The notes under the pieces are model-generated. The model had not been told where the DNA came from, did not search any database, and saw only the letters and a program-made list of their open reading frames with translations. Of a stretch of DNA of 64,000 nt, positions 40,081 through 49,654 are shown one piece after another. A program made the translations under genes and the position numbers. Each line of letters starts with the position of its first letter. Within the stretch, counting starts at the first letter, position 1. This DNA comes from an uncultured Gemmatimonadaceae bacterium (GTDB lineage Bacteria; Gemmatimonadota; Gemmatimonadetes; Gemmatimonadales; Gemmatimonadaceae): NCBI GenBank assembly GCA_963781585.1, contig CAWAGQ010000004.1, forward strand, positions 352,001-416,000, read 5' to 3'.

Positions 40081-41151
40081 ATGCAGCCTGAAAAGCGGCG
40101 CGCCTGGATCGAGGTCGATCTTGGCGCGCTGAAGCAGAATGCGGCCATGCTCGCCGCGCGCGGTGGCAGGCCCCTCCTTCCCATGGTCAAGGCGGACGCC
40201 TATGGCCTGGGTGTGCTGCCAGTCATTCGGGAACTGGAAGGGCTCGATCCGTGGGGATACGGCGTGGCCACGCTGGCGGAGGGAGCGGAGATTCGGCGGG
40301 CGGGAATGGAGCGACCGATACTCGTTGTTTCCCCGCTGCTGCCGTGGGACTTCGACACGGCCATGTCTCTGCGCCTCACACCAACGCTGGGCTTTCCCGA
40401 TTCGATCGGGGCATGGACGCGCGCCGGTGGCGCGGCCTGGCACTTGTCGATCGACACCGGAATGAACCGTTCGGGGATTCCGTGGGATCGCATCGGGGAA
40501 GTGGCGGATCTCGTGCGGGCGCATCCTCCCGAGGGCGCCATGACGCACCTGCATTCACCGGACGCGGGCGACGGTTCGATGGAACGGCAGCAGAATCGCT
40601 TCAGAGAGGCACTGGCCAGGCTGCCGGCCCGGCCCCGATACCTGCATGTCGAAGGTAGCGCCGCCATCGAGCGGCAGACGCCCTCACCCTGGGACCTGGT
40701 GCGTCCAGGCGTCTTTCTCTATGGCGTGGGAGGTGGACGCGGATCGGGTTTGGTTCCGCGACCGGTCGCGCATTTCCGGGCTCGGGTGCTCGAGGTACGC
40801 GGCGTGCCGGAGGGAGAGACGGTCAGCTATTCGGGGACGTATCGTACCACGGGACGTCGTCGCGTTGCGACCATCGCAGCGGGATACGCCGACGGTTTCC
40901 GTCGGGCATTCAGCAATCGAGGCGTCGTGCTGGTGCGTGGCGCGCGTGTCCCCGTTGTGGGCCTCGTCAACATGGACATGACGATGGTGGACGTCACCGA
41001 TGTCGCGTGCGAAGCTGGCGACATCGCTACCTTGCTGGGCAGCGATGGCGACCAGCAACTCGACATCAATGAAGTGGCGCGGCACGTCGAGCTGTCTCCG
41101 TACGAGTTGCTGGTGGGGCTGCGCCTGCGTGTGCCGCGCATCTATCTGTGA
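40081..41151 (+). CDS. alr: Alanine racemase
   Basis: MVKADAYG (PLP Lys), DTGMNR, VRPG, VSY, GYADG, NMDM. ATG 40081 preferred because ATG 40057 abuts the -10 box. Confidence 0.95.
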   Translation: MQPEKRRAWIEVDLGALKQNAAMLAARGGRPLLPMVKADAYGLGVLPVIRELEGLDPWGYGVATLAEGAEIRRAGMERPILVVSPLLPWDFDTAMSLRLTPTLGFPDSIGAWTRAGGAAWHLSIDTGMNRSGIPWDRIGEVADLVRAHPPEGAMTHLHSPDAGDGSMERQQNRFREALARLPARPRYLHVEGSAAIERQTPSPWDLVRPGVFLYGVGGGRGSGLVPRPVAHFRARVLEVRGVPEGETVSYSGTYRTTGRRRVATIAAGYADGFRRAFSNRGVVLVRGARVPVVGLVNMDMTMVDVTDVACEAGDIATLLGSDGDQQLDINEVARHVELSPYELLVGLRLRVPRIYL

Positions 41152-42371
41152 AGGAGGCCACCGGCCAGAGGCCACGGGCCAGAGGCCAGAAACCCGGTGA
41201 AGGAAGTTCCCGGCGTGCAGCACTCATCGTGCTGGATGGCGTTGGGGCGGGCGCCGCCGATGACGCGCGTGCGTACGGAGATGAGGACAGCAACACGCTC
41301 GGCCACTTGGCGGAGGCGGTTGGAGGCGCCGAACTGCCCAATCTGGAGCGGCTCGGACTCGGCCGTATCGCGTCGCTGCGCGGAGTGCGCGACGATGTGA
41401 CGCCTCAGGCTGCCTGGGGTACTCTTCAGCCGGCGTCGGCGGGGAAAGACAGTACCACGGGACACTGGGAACTGATGGGGCTCCACCTGGATCGGCCGTT
41501 CCCGACCTATCCAGACGGTTTCCCGGCCGAGCTGGTCGAGGAGTTCAGCCGACGAACCGGGCGTGGGATACTCGGAAACGTCGCGGCAAGCGGTACCGAC
41601 ATCATTGATCGTTATGCGGAGGCGCAGGCGCGGACCGGGTCGTGGATCGTGTACACGTCAGCCGATTCGGTCTTTCAGGTCGCGGCGCACGAGGCCGTCA
41701 TTCCGCTCGGGGAGCTATACGCAGCCTGCGCCGTCGCCCGAGAGATGCTGGTGCCTCCGCATAACGTCTCGCGGGTGATCGCGCGGCCGTTCGTGGGCTC
41801 GGTCGGCCAGTATCGACGGACGGCGGGGCGGCGGGACTTCTCGATTGCGCCGCCCGGGGAGACGCTGCTCGACATGCTGGCGGCCGAGGGAATCGCGCGA
41901 AGTGGGGTGGGAAAGGTCGACGATCTGTTTGCCGGGCGGGGCCTCTCGTCTCGTCACACCGTGGACAACGCCGAGGGAATCGCCGCCATCGGATCGTGGC
42001 TCTCCAGCGGCGAGAGTGGGTTCCTCCTCGCGAACCTTGTAGATTTCGACCAGCAATTCGGGCACAGAAACGACATCCCGGGGTTCTATGGGGCGCTGCG
42101 GCAATTCGATGCGTCGTTGCCGACGCTTCTTCGAGAACTTCGCGAGGGCGATCTGTTTGCCATCACTGCCGATCACGGCAACGATCCGACAACCCGTTCC
42201 ACGGATCATGCGCGCGAGCGCGTGCCCGTGCTGGTAACCGGGGCGTTGTTGAGGTCGTGCGGGATTGGCGAGCGTCCGACATTCTCCGATCTTGGCGCGA
42301 CCATCGCCGAATGGTTCGGGATCGGGTTCCGCGGGCGGGGCACGTCATTTCTCTCGGAGATTCTCGCGTGA
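41148..42371 (+). CDS. deoB: Phosphopentomutase
   Basis: IVLDGVG, GKDSTTGHWE, YTSADSVFQ, RVIARPF, NLVDFD, TADHGNDP. Confidence 0.95.
   Translation: MKEATGQRPRARGQKPGEGSSRRAALIVLDGVGAGAADDARAYGDEDSNTLGHLAEAVGGAELPNLERLGLGRIASLRGVRDDVTPQAAWGTLQPASAGKDSTTGHWELMGLHLDRPFPTYPDGFPAELVEEFSRRTGRGILGNVAASGTDIIDRYAEAQARTGSWIVYTSADSVFQVAAHEAVIPLGELYAACAVAREMLVPPHNVSRVIARPFVGSVGQYRRTAGRRDFSIAPPGETLLDMLAAEGIARSGVGKVDDLFAGRGLSSRHTVDNAEGIAAIGSWLSSGESGFLLANLVDFDQQFGHRNDIPGFYGALRQFDASLPTLLRELREGDLFAITADHGNDPTTRSTDHARERVPVLVTGALLRSCGIGERPTFSDLGATIAEWFGIGFRGRGTSFLSEILA
41156..41190 (+). repeat. Five 7-bp GGCCANN tandem units in the 5' end of deoB
   Basis: GGCCACC-GGCCAGA-GGCCACG-GGCCAGA-GGCCAGA. Confidence 0.75.
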
Positions 42372-42778
42372 CGGAAGGGGGCGACGCCGGGGTGGTATCC
42401 GCCGCGGCGTTTGGGGCAATGGTTCGCGCGTACGCGCCGTATTCGGGGTTCCGCGTCGGGGCAGCGTTGCAGAGCGCCGACGGGGCAATTTCGGTCGGGT
42501 GCAACGTGGAGAACTCGGCGTTTCCGGCCGGCATCTGTGCCGAGCGCTCGGCGCTGGCTGCGGCGGTGGCGGCGGGACACCGCGAGTTCCAGCTGCTGGT
42601 GGTCGCGTCCGAGGCGACAGAGCCCACGCCACCGTGTGGTCTGTGCCGTCAGGCGCTGGTCGAATTCGCGCCGGGCCTCACGGTACTCAGCGTGACGGCA
42701 GGGGGGAAGCGCGCCCGCTGGTCGCTGCGCGAGCTGCTCGCGCAGCCGTTCACGCCAGCGTCGCTGGTGCACCCATGA
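42368..42778 (+). CDS. cdd: Cytidine deaminase
   Basis: AYAPYSGFRVGAA, GCNVEN, CAE, PPCGLCRQ. Confidence 0.95.
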   Translation: MTEGGDAGVVSAAAFGAMVRAYAPYSGFRVGAALQSADGAISVGCNVENSAFPAGICAERSALAAAVAAGHREFQLLVVASEATEPTPPCGLCRQALVEFAPGLTVLSVTAGGKRARWSLRELLAQPFTPASLVHP

Positions 42779-43062
42779 GGCTGGGACGGGTGGTGGGGAC
42801 GGTGGTCTCGACGCGCAAGGATGCGTCACTCGAATCGCTGAAGTTGCTGGTGGTCGAGAACCTGGCGACTACGCTGGAACGCGAGGGTGGGTACGTGGTC
42901 GCGGTGGATGCTGTGGGGGCCGGAACCGGGGAGGTGGTCCTGTACGCGAGCGGCAGTTCCGCGCGTCTTACGCCGATTACCAGGGATCGGCCAGTCGATG
43001 CCGTCATCATGGCGATCGTGGACAGCTTCGACGTGGACGGCACGGTGACCCGCCTTGCGTAG
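42775..43062 (+). CDS. EutN/CcmL-family microcompartment vertex (BMC-P) protein
   Basis: MRLGRVVGTVVSTRK, VAVDAVGAGTGEVVL, GSSAR, PVDAVIMAIVD. Confidence 0.92.
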   Translation: MRLGRVVGTVVSTRKDASLESLKLLVVENLATTLEREGGYVVAVDAVGAGTGEVVLYASGSSARLTPITRDRPVDAVIMAIVDSFDVDGTVTRLA

Positions 43063-44308
43063 GCGTGGCTGGTTCGTGCTTGCGGCGCTGGGCGTGAGCG
43101 CGGCGCTCGGCGCGTGCAACGAGGATGTGGAGGGGGGCGCAGCCTGCCCGATCCTCTGTCCGGAGCAGAACGTGTCGGTGTTCGACACCGTCTTCGACGC
43201 GGTGGACATGGACACGTCGTTGAACGGCTATCCGCCGTTCGGGAGCGAGCCCTCACTTGTCCTGGGCGCCCGCGGTGACACGCTCGACACGCGCGCCGTG
43301 CTCCGGTTCGACTCGCTGTTCGCGTTCTTCACGACCGACTTCGGCGATTCGGCGGTCGAAGCGATCGACAGCGCGTATCTGGTGCTGCACATCGACAAGG
43401 CGAACTCGCTTCTTTCGGCGCCGGTCACCATAGACGTGTTCAACGTCGACACGATCGAACCCGATACGCTGACGTCGCTGGAACTGCCGCTGTTTCGTCC
43501 CGACCGACTGATCACCAGCGTCACCTTCGACACGAGCCAGATCGGAGATTCGATTACCATTCGACTCGACAGCGCCTTCGTCATGGGTGGAGTCGTCGAT
43601 CGGAACCGCGTGCGTCTCGGACTGCGCGCGAGCAGCCCCGATCCGCTGATGCTGCAGATTGTGTCGAGCGAAGGCGGCACGCCGCCGACGATCAAGTACG
43701 ACGGGAGCGCGGATACCGCCGTCGGGGTGGTCACCAATACGCCGGTGTCCCTGGCACCGGGGAACAAGACGATCGCGCTGGACTACGCCGACTACCTGCT
43801 GGTGGTGAAAGCGCCGCCGCCGCCGGCCGGCCCGTACCTGCCGATCGGAGGCATTCCCGGACGTCGTGCGTACCTCAGCTTCGTCATCCCCAAGCACATT
43901 CAGGACTCGTCCACCGTTCTGCGGGCGACGCTCGAGCTGACGCAGTATCCCAACCGGGATTTTCCGGACAACCCACTGATCACGCTGTATCCGCAACTGG
44001 TGACTGCCGGGACGGATGTCATCGATCTCCAGAAATCCGCCCTGTTGCTTGCCCCGGCCACCGTACTCTTCGACACCGTCCAGGTGGCGCCGGCCGACAG
44101 CGGCGCCGTCAACCTCGAGGTGGTCAATGCCCTGCGGACATGGGCGCTGCCGATCGCCGTCCAATCACAGCGGGCCGTCGTACTGCGCACGCCCGGCGAA
44201 GGGCTCGCGCCGCGATTCGTCGTCTTCTATTCCACGGCGGCTCCCCCGGGGCTGCGCCCGCGCCTGCGGGTGAGCTACTCACCGCAGGTCATCTTCGGGG
44301 TACCCTGA
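43055..44308 (+). CDS. Lipoprotein of unknown function (beta-rich)
   Basis: Lipobox ALGA-C followed by CPILCP. Asp/Ser/Thr-rich, beta-like sequence. Confidence 0.7.
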   Translation: MRRRGWFVLAALGVSAALGACNEDVEGGAACPILCPEQNVSVFDTVFDAVDMDTSLNGYPPFGSEPSLVLGARGDTLDTRAVLRFDSLFAFFTTDFGDSAVEAIDSAYLVLHIDKANSLLSAPVTIDVFNVDTIEPDTLTSLELPLFRPDRLITSVTFDTSQIGDSITIRLDSAFVMGGVVDRNRVRLGLRASSPDPLMLQIVSSEGGTPPTIKYDGSADTAVGVVTNTPVSLAPGNKTIALDYADYLLVVKAPPPPAGPYLPIGGIPGRRAYLSFVIPKHIQDSSTVLRATLELTQYPNRDFPDNPLITLYPQLVTAGTDVIDLQKSALLLAPATVLFDTVQVAPADSGAVNLEVVNALRTWALPIAVQSQRAVVLRTPGEGLAPRFVVFYSTAAPPGLRPRLRVSYSPQVIFGVP

Positions 44309-45438
44309 TGCGCATCGGGATTCTCTCGTTAGGTTCTCTCGTGCTCGCGGTCGCGACCGTTCAGGGGCAGGGAGCGATCAGCACACAGGGGTTCGGCTAT
44401 CCGGCCGGCGGCGCGAGCACCAGAGCGGCCGCAGGCGGCGCCGCGTTCGCCGAATTCGACTTTGCGTCGCCGCGTAATCCCTCGAGCCTGCTGGCGTGGG
44501 GACGCGGTGGGCTGTACATCCAGTACGATCCGGAGCTGCGGTCGGTCGCGAGCGGAGGCAGTTCCGACAAGACCACCACCATCCGGTTTCCGATGATCGC
44601 TGCGGCCGCGCAGATCGGTCCCAGGACGGTCGTCTCGTTGTCGTCGTCCACGTTCCTGGACCGAACATGGGCCACGCGCGTGCGTGGCGGAGAGATACTG
44701 GGATCCGATTCGGTGGGCTTCTCCGAGTTCGTGCAATCGAACGGCGCCATCAACGACATCCGGTTGGCGGCATCAGTGTCTGTCTCGACCTGGTTCGCCG
44801 TTGGTCTTGGCCTCCACGCCTATGCCGGAGAGAATCGACTCCAGCTGCAGCGGACGTTCGACGACAGTCTCCGGTACGGCTCGATCGATCGCCTCCTCAC
44901 CCTGGGATACCAGGGCACCGGTGTCTCGCTCGGCGCTACCTGGAGACCGAGCCGGAACCTGGCGGTGGCGGGGTCGGCGCGCTCGGGAGGCACGTTTGAG
45001 ATGCGGCTGGCCGATTCCGTCATTGCGTCGGCCAAGGTGCCGAACCGGGTTGGATTCGGCCTGCGTTTCGACGGCCTGCCCGGCGCGAGTATCGCCGTCG
45101 GCGCGGAGCGAACCACCTGGTCCCGGATGTCGGCGCTGTCCTCGTCGTCGCTCGTGACCCGCGACACCTGGGAATACGACGTCGGGACGGAGCTCACCAG
45201 TCCGCACAGCGGCGCCGTCCCGGCGACGTTCTACCTCGGTTTTCGCTCGCGCCAGCTACCGTTCTCCTCCACAGGCGTCAACGTGTCGGAGCACATCTAC
45301 TCGGGGGGCGTGAGCCTCCCGTTGTCCGGCCCGCGAGCGGTCGCGGACCTTGCGCTGGAGCGCGCCACGCGTGGCACCGTGAGTGACGTCAGCGAACACG
45401 CGTGGATCGTGAGCGTGGCTCTCACCATCCGACCGTGA
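44308..45438 (+). CDS. Putative outer-membrane beta-barrel protein (FadL/OmpP1-like N-terminus)
   Basis: Signal peptide, STRAAAGG...RNP hatch-like N-terminus, amphipathic strands ending WIVSVALTIRP. Confidence 0.6.
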   Translation: MRIGILSLGSLVLAVATVQGQGAISTQGFGYPAGGASTRAAAGGAAFAEFDFASPRNPSSLLAWGRGGLYIQYDPELRSVASGGSSDKTTTIRFPMIAAAAQIGPRTVVSLSSSTFLDRTWATRVRGGEILGSDSVGFSEFVQSNGAINDIRLAASVSVSTWFAVGLGLHAYAGENRLQLQRTFDDSLRYGSIDRLLTLGYQGTGVSLGATWRPSRNLAVAGSARSGGTFEMRLADSVIASAKVPNRVGFGLRFDGLPGASIAVGAERTTWSRMSALSSSSLVTRDTWEYDVGTELTSPHSGAVPATFYLGFRSRQLPFSSTGVNVSEHIYSGGVSLPLSGPRAVADLALERATRGTVSDVSEHAWIVSVALTIRP

Positions 45439-45444
45439 CCTCAC

Positions 45445-46641
45445 ATGACGGCGGCGCGTCCTGAACGGCTGACGCCGGCGCGCTCTGATCGGCCGCTCGT
45501 ACTCGTCGTCGCGCCGGCGACGCTCGCCGCCTCGCGAATCGCCGCCGAACTCGATGCCCTGCGATGTCGCGCGCTGACCACCGTCGATGCGAGCCGGGTG
45601 GTCGACACCGCCGCATCGCAACGCCCGGATCTGTGCATCGTCGAGGAGGAGGGTGCTCCGGACAGCACGGGCACCCCGGTGTCTGGGCTCGACATCTGTC
45701 GCCAGCTGAAGGACGATCCCCGTACGGCGCGGCTCCCCGTGCTGATCCTGACCGCGCGGCCCGACGCGGCCGGGCACGCGCGTGCCGTGGAGGCCGGGGC
45801 GGATGACGCGCTCGACATGCAACACGACCGAGCGCTGCTGGGGACGCGGGTTCGGGCCCTGCTGCGGCTCAAGCTCTCCACCGATGCCCTCGACGAGAGC
45901 GCCCGACGGCTGCGCGAACTCAAGAAGGTACGCGACGATCTGATGAAGATGATCGTGCACGACCTCAAGACGCCGCTCACCAGCGTGCTGGCGACTCTGG
46001 AGATGCTGGGTGATGGCGACCTGGGCAGGTTGGGAGACGTTCAGAAGCGAGCCGTCGAGGACATGCGCGCGATGGGAGATCAGCTGCTCGAACTCATCGA
46101 CGACCTGCTGCAGGTCTGGCGCATCGAGTCCACCACGTTGGCCCTGAGCCCCGAAGTGATTGTCCCGGCCAATTTCCTCCAGGAGATGGTCCGCGATTTC
46201 GCCTATCGCTTCCGTCAGGAGCAGGTCGACGTACGTGTGGACGTCGTCCCCGAAGCGCGGGCCTTCCACGGCGACCGGGCGCTCCTCCGTCGCGTCTTCG
46301 CGAATCTCTTCGAGAATGCCATCCGGCATTGTCCCGCGCCGGTTCGGCTGCGACTGAAGGCGCGCGACGACCGTCGCGGCGTGCTGTTCACCGTGGCGGA
46401 CAATGGCGAAGGGATCGCGCCCGAGTACCACGAAGTCATTTTTCGGACCTTCCATCGGTTGCCGAGGCCGAACGAGGCGCCGGTGCGAGGGTCCGGACTC
46501 GGGCTTGCGTTCTGCCGCCTGGCTGTCGAAGCGCACGGCGGACGAATCTGGGTACAGTCCGAGGAGGGTCGCGGAAGCGCATTCCACGTGCTGATGCCCT
46601 TCGAACCCGGACCTCCCGGGCGCGTCGGAGAGCCGGCGTGA
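45445..46641 (+). CDS. Cytoplasmic hybrid kinase: degenerate receiver domain + histidine kinase
   Basis: Receiver-like SGLDICRQLKDDPRTARLPVLILTA, H-box HDLKTP, NLFENAIRH, DNGEGI, GSGLGL. Confidence 0.88.
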   Translation: MTAARPERLTPARSDRPLVLVVAPATLAASRIAAELDALRCRALTTVDASRVVDTAASQRPDLCIVEEEGAPDSTGTPVSGLDICRQLKDDPRTARLPVLILTARPDAAGHARAVEAGADDALDMQHDRALLGTRVRALLRLKLSTDALDESARRLRELKKVRDDLMKMIVHDLKTPLTSVLATLEMLGDGDLGRLGDVQKRAVEDMRAMGDQLLELIDDLLQVWRIESTTLALSPEVIVPANFLQEMVRDFAYRFRQEQVDVRVDVVPEARAFHGDRALLRRVFANLFENAIRHCPAPVRLRLKARDDRRGVLFTVADNGEGIAPEYHEVIFRTFHRLPRPNEAPVRGSGLGLAFCRLAVEAHGGRIWVQSEEGRGSAFHVLMPFEPGPPGRVGEPA

Positions 46642-47879
46642 AGATCTACCTCGAGACATTCGGGTGCCGCGCGAATCAGTACGACACAGAGCGGTTGCGC
46701 GCGATCGTGGAGCACGGTGGCGCGATCGTCGTCGGCGATCCCGCGGCGGCCGATGTTGCGGTCTTCAACAGTTGTGCGGTAACGGCGGAAGCGGAAGCGG
46801 ATCTGCGCAAGAGCGTGCGTCGCGCGGCGAGACACAATCCGAATCTGCGCACCGTGGTCATGGGTTGCGCGGCGGCGCTCGACAACGGGGCACTGAGCGC
46901 GCTGCCGTCCGTGGAGCACGTCGTTCCCGGCGACGACCTCGACGGGGTCGCGCGGGCGGTCGGAGTCGCGGTTCCGGGGTCGCCCTTGCTTGGAGGGCAA
47001 ACGGGAACACGGGCGCTTCTCCGGGTGCAAACCGGCTGCGACGAACATTGTACCTTCTGCGCCACGACCATCGCGCGGGGGGCCAATCGATCGCGGCCGC
47101 CAGAAGAGCTGGTGCGGGAAGCCGGCGCGCTCGCCGAGCGCCATTGCGAGATCGTGCTCACCGGCGTGCACATCGGCACCTACGGGCACGACATCGGTAC
47201 CACGCTCGGCGCGCTGGTGGGGCGACTGGTGTCCTCGGTGCGCGGCGCGCGCTTCCGCCTGTCATCCGTCGAAGCCACCGAGGTGGACGACGAACTCGCC
47301 GTGCTCTTCGATAGCCCGGAGAACCTGACGCCGCATCTTCACGCGCCCCTGCAATCCGGCGCCGACCGCATTCTCAAACGGATGGGTCGGCACTGGTACT
47401 CCGCAAGCAGCTACGCGCGCGCCGTGGAGCGCCTGGTGTCCCGGAAGACTGTGTTTGCACTCGGCGCCGACGTGATCGCGGGATTTCCAGGGGAAACCGA
47501 TGGCGATCATCAGGCGACGCTCGATCTCATTCGCGCGCTTCCCTTCACGTACCTGCATGTCTTCCCGTTCTCGGCCCGTCCCGGCACGGCCGCAACGCGA
47601 CTCCAGGATCAGGTGCGTCCTGAAGTGGCGCACCAGCGGGCCCGGGAGCTGCGGCAACTCGGAGCGAACCTCGGGGTCCGCTATCGTCAGGGTCGGATTG
47701 GCGGGAGCGCGGACGTGATTGTAGTGCGGGGCGAACGACGCGAGGGCCTCACGGGCGACTACCTCACGGTCACCATGGCAGACCGGCGTTTTCCCCGGGG
47801 GGCTCGAGTCCGAACGCGGCTGGCCGGCACGCCCGGGCAATTGCTGGCCGTCTCTACGCCGGCGAGCTTTGGGCCATGA
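46638..47879 (+). CDS. mtaB: tRNA methylthiotransferase MtaB-like (radical SAM)
   Basis: ETFGCRANQYD, NSCAVT, CDEHCTFC, LTGVHIG, HVFPFSARPGT. Confidence 0.85.
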   Translation: MKIYLETFGCRANQYDTERLRAIVEHGGAIVVGDPAAADVAVFNSCAVTAEAEADLRKSVRRAARHNPNLRTVVMGCAAALDNGALSALPSVEHVVPGDDLDGVARAVGVAVPGSPLLGGQTGTRALLRVQTGCDEHCTFCATTIARGANRSRPPEELVREAGALAERHCEIVLTGVHIGTYGHDIGTTLGALVGRLVSSVRGARFRLSSVEATEVDDELAVLFDSPENLTPHLHAPLQSGADRILKRMGRHWYSASSYARAVERLVSRKTVFALGADVIAGFPGETDGDHQATLDLIRALPFTYLHVFPFSARPGTAATRLQDQVRPEVAHQRARELRQLGANLGVRYRQGRIGGSADVIVVRGERREGLTGDYLTVTMADRRFPRGARVRTRLAGTPGQLLAVSTPASFGP

Positions 47880-49213
47880 GCGGTCCCCGCGGAAGCGTTT
47901 TTGTCGAGACGTATGGTTGCCAGATGAACGTGAGCGACTCCGAGTTGATTCTCGGAAAGCTCTTGGCCGAAGGCTACGTCGCGGCCGAGGCGGCCGCTGA
48001 TGCGGACGTCATCCTGCTCAATACCTGCGCCATTCGCGATCACGCCGAGCAACGCGTGCTGGGCCGCCTGGGCGAGCTGAAGGGACAGATGCGGCCCCAC
48101 GCCGTGGTCGGCGTTCTGGGGTGCATGGCGCAGCGGCTTGGCCAGTCGCTCCTCGACCGCGCCCGGTTCGTGAGTCTCGTGATCGGTCCCGACGGATATC
48201 GCGCCCTCCCGGAGTTGCTGGAGCGGGCGCGCGCGGGTGAGCGCGCTCTGGAGACCGCGTTCGACCTGGAGGAGCACTACGAGGACTTTATCCCCCGCCG
48301 GTTCGACCGGGTGAAGGCCTGGATCCCGGTGCAACGCGGATGCGACTATCGGTGCACCTACTGCATCGTTCCCACCACGCGAGGTCCGGAACGGAGCCGC
48401 CGCCTCGCCGATGTGGTGCGGGAAGTAGAGGCGGTCGCGGCCGACGCGATGACCGAGGTGGTGCTGCTGGGCCAGACCGTCAACTCCTATCACGACGGGG
48501 CGTACGACTTTGCCGATCTGCTGCGGGCGGTCGGCTCGGTGCCAGGCATCCGGCGGGTGAGGTTCACGAGTCCGCACCCCTGCGATTTCACCGAGCGGGT
48601 GGTGGAGTCGATGGCCACGGTCGCGGCGGTCTGCGAACACGTGCATCTGCCCATGCAGTCCGGGTCGAGTCGGGTTCTGAAGCGGATGCTTCGACGCTAT
48701 ACGCGAGACGGATACATGGACGTGGTTCGACGGTTGCGAGCCGCGATTCCCGGCTTGAGTCTCACCACCGACGTGATCGCAGGATTTCCGGGTGAGACCG
48801 AGGAGGACTTCGATGAGACCCTGGATGCGGTTCGTGAGGTGGGGTTCGACGACGCCTTCACGTTCAGGTTTTCGCCTCGCGAGGGCACGCCCGCGACCCG
48901 CATGCCGGCCGCAGAGACCGTTCCCGACGACCAGGCGTCGGACCGACTGCAGCGGCTGATCGCGCTGGTACGGAGCATCTCGCGTGAGCACAACCTGCGG
49001 TTGTTAGGCGAGCGGCGCGAGGTGCTGGTGGAGCGGGCGGCGCGGCGCGGCGAGCTGCTCCAGGCTCGGACGCGCGACTTCAGGACAGTGCTTGTCCCAG
49101 GCGACGAGTCGATGGTAGGGGCGTACCTGCGGGTCGAGCTGAGCGGCACCACCGGGTCCACCTTTACCGGTGTCCCTGTAACCGAACGGTTTTCCCTTCC
49201 TCTCGCGGGCTAG
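47876..49213 (+). CDS. miaB: tRNA-i6A37 methylthiotransferase MiaB
   Basis: ETYGCQMNVSDSE, NTCAIR, CDYRCTYC, LLGQTVNSY, C-terminal TRAM-like region. Confidence 0.95.
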   Translation: MSGPRGSVFVETYGCQMNVSDSELILGKLLAEGYVAAEAAADADVILLNTCAIRDHAEQRVLGRLGELKGQMRPHAVVGVLGCMAQRLGQSLLDRARFVSLVIGPDGYRALPELLERARAGERALETAFDLEEHYEDFIPRRFDRVKAWIPVQRGCDYRCTYCIVPTTRGPERSRRLADVVREVEAVAADAMTEVVLLGQTVNSYHDGAYDFADLLRAVGSVPGIRRVRFTSPHPCDFTERVVESMATVAAVCEHVHLPMQSGSSRVLKRMLRRYTRDGYMDVVRRLRAAIPGLSLTTDVIAGFPGETEEDFDETLDAVREVGFDDAFTFRFSPREGTPATRMPAAETVPDDQASDRLQRLIALVRSISREHNLRLLGERREVLVERAARRGELLQARTRDFRTVLVPGDESMVGAYLRVELSGTTGSTFTGVPVTERFSLPLAG

Positions 49214-49346
49214 CCAGGGCGTCCCTTTCGAGTAGGTGTGACCCGCCGGGCACGGGCGCGTGAGAGGGTGCTTACTTGGAGCGCCATCCGACCGTCTGTA
49301 GTGTGTCAGCAACCCTACCGGTCTGCCCAACTCCTATGGAATTCCG

Positions 49347-49646
49347 ATGAAGAACGCCCTCGAAGAGGCGGTAGCCGACGTCTTCGAGCAGTTGCGCCAT
49401 ATGGAGGCGGGTTTTTGCTCCTGTGAGCAATGTCACGATGACGTCGTGACGCATGCGCTGAACAAAGCTCGGCCCAGATACATCTCGGGTAGCGGGGTTG
49501 GGCCGGCGGTCACGCGGGTGTCGTTGTCGCAGGAACAGGCCCGAGCCGAGATCGCGGTGCTGGTCCTCGAGGCCATGCGCCGAGTTCAACGGAATCCTCG
49601 CCACGGTCCGGAGGGCTTCATCGCGATCGGAGGTGGCGTGGGCTAG
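49347..49646 (+). CDS. ComFB-family (late competence development) protein
   Basis: MKNALEEAV...CSCEQCHDDVVTHALNKARPRY...VQRNPRH. Confidence 0.85.
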   Translation: MKNALEEAVADVFEQLRHMEAGFCSCEQCHDDVVTHALNKARPRYISGSGVGPAVTRVSLSQEQARAEIAVLVLEAMRRVQRNPRHGPEGFIAIGGGVG

Positions 49647-49654
49647 GAGAGGCC

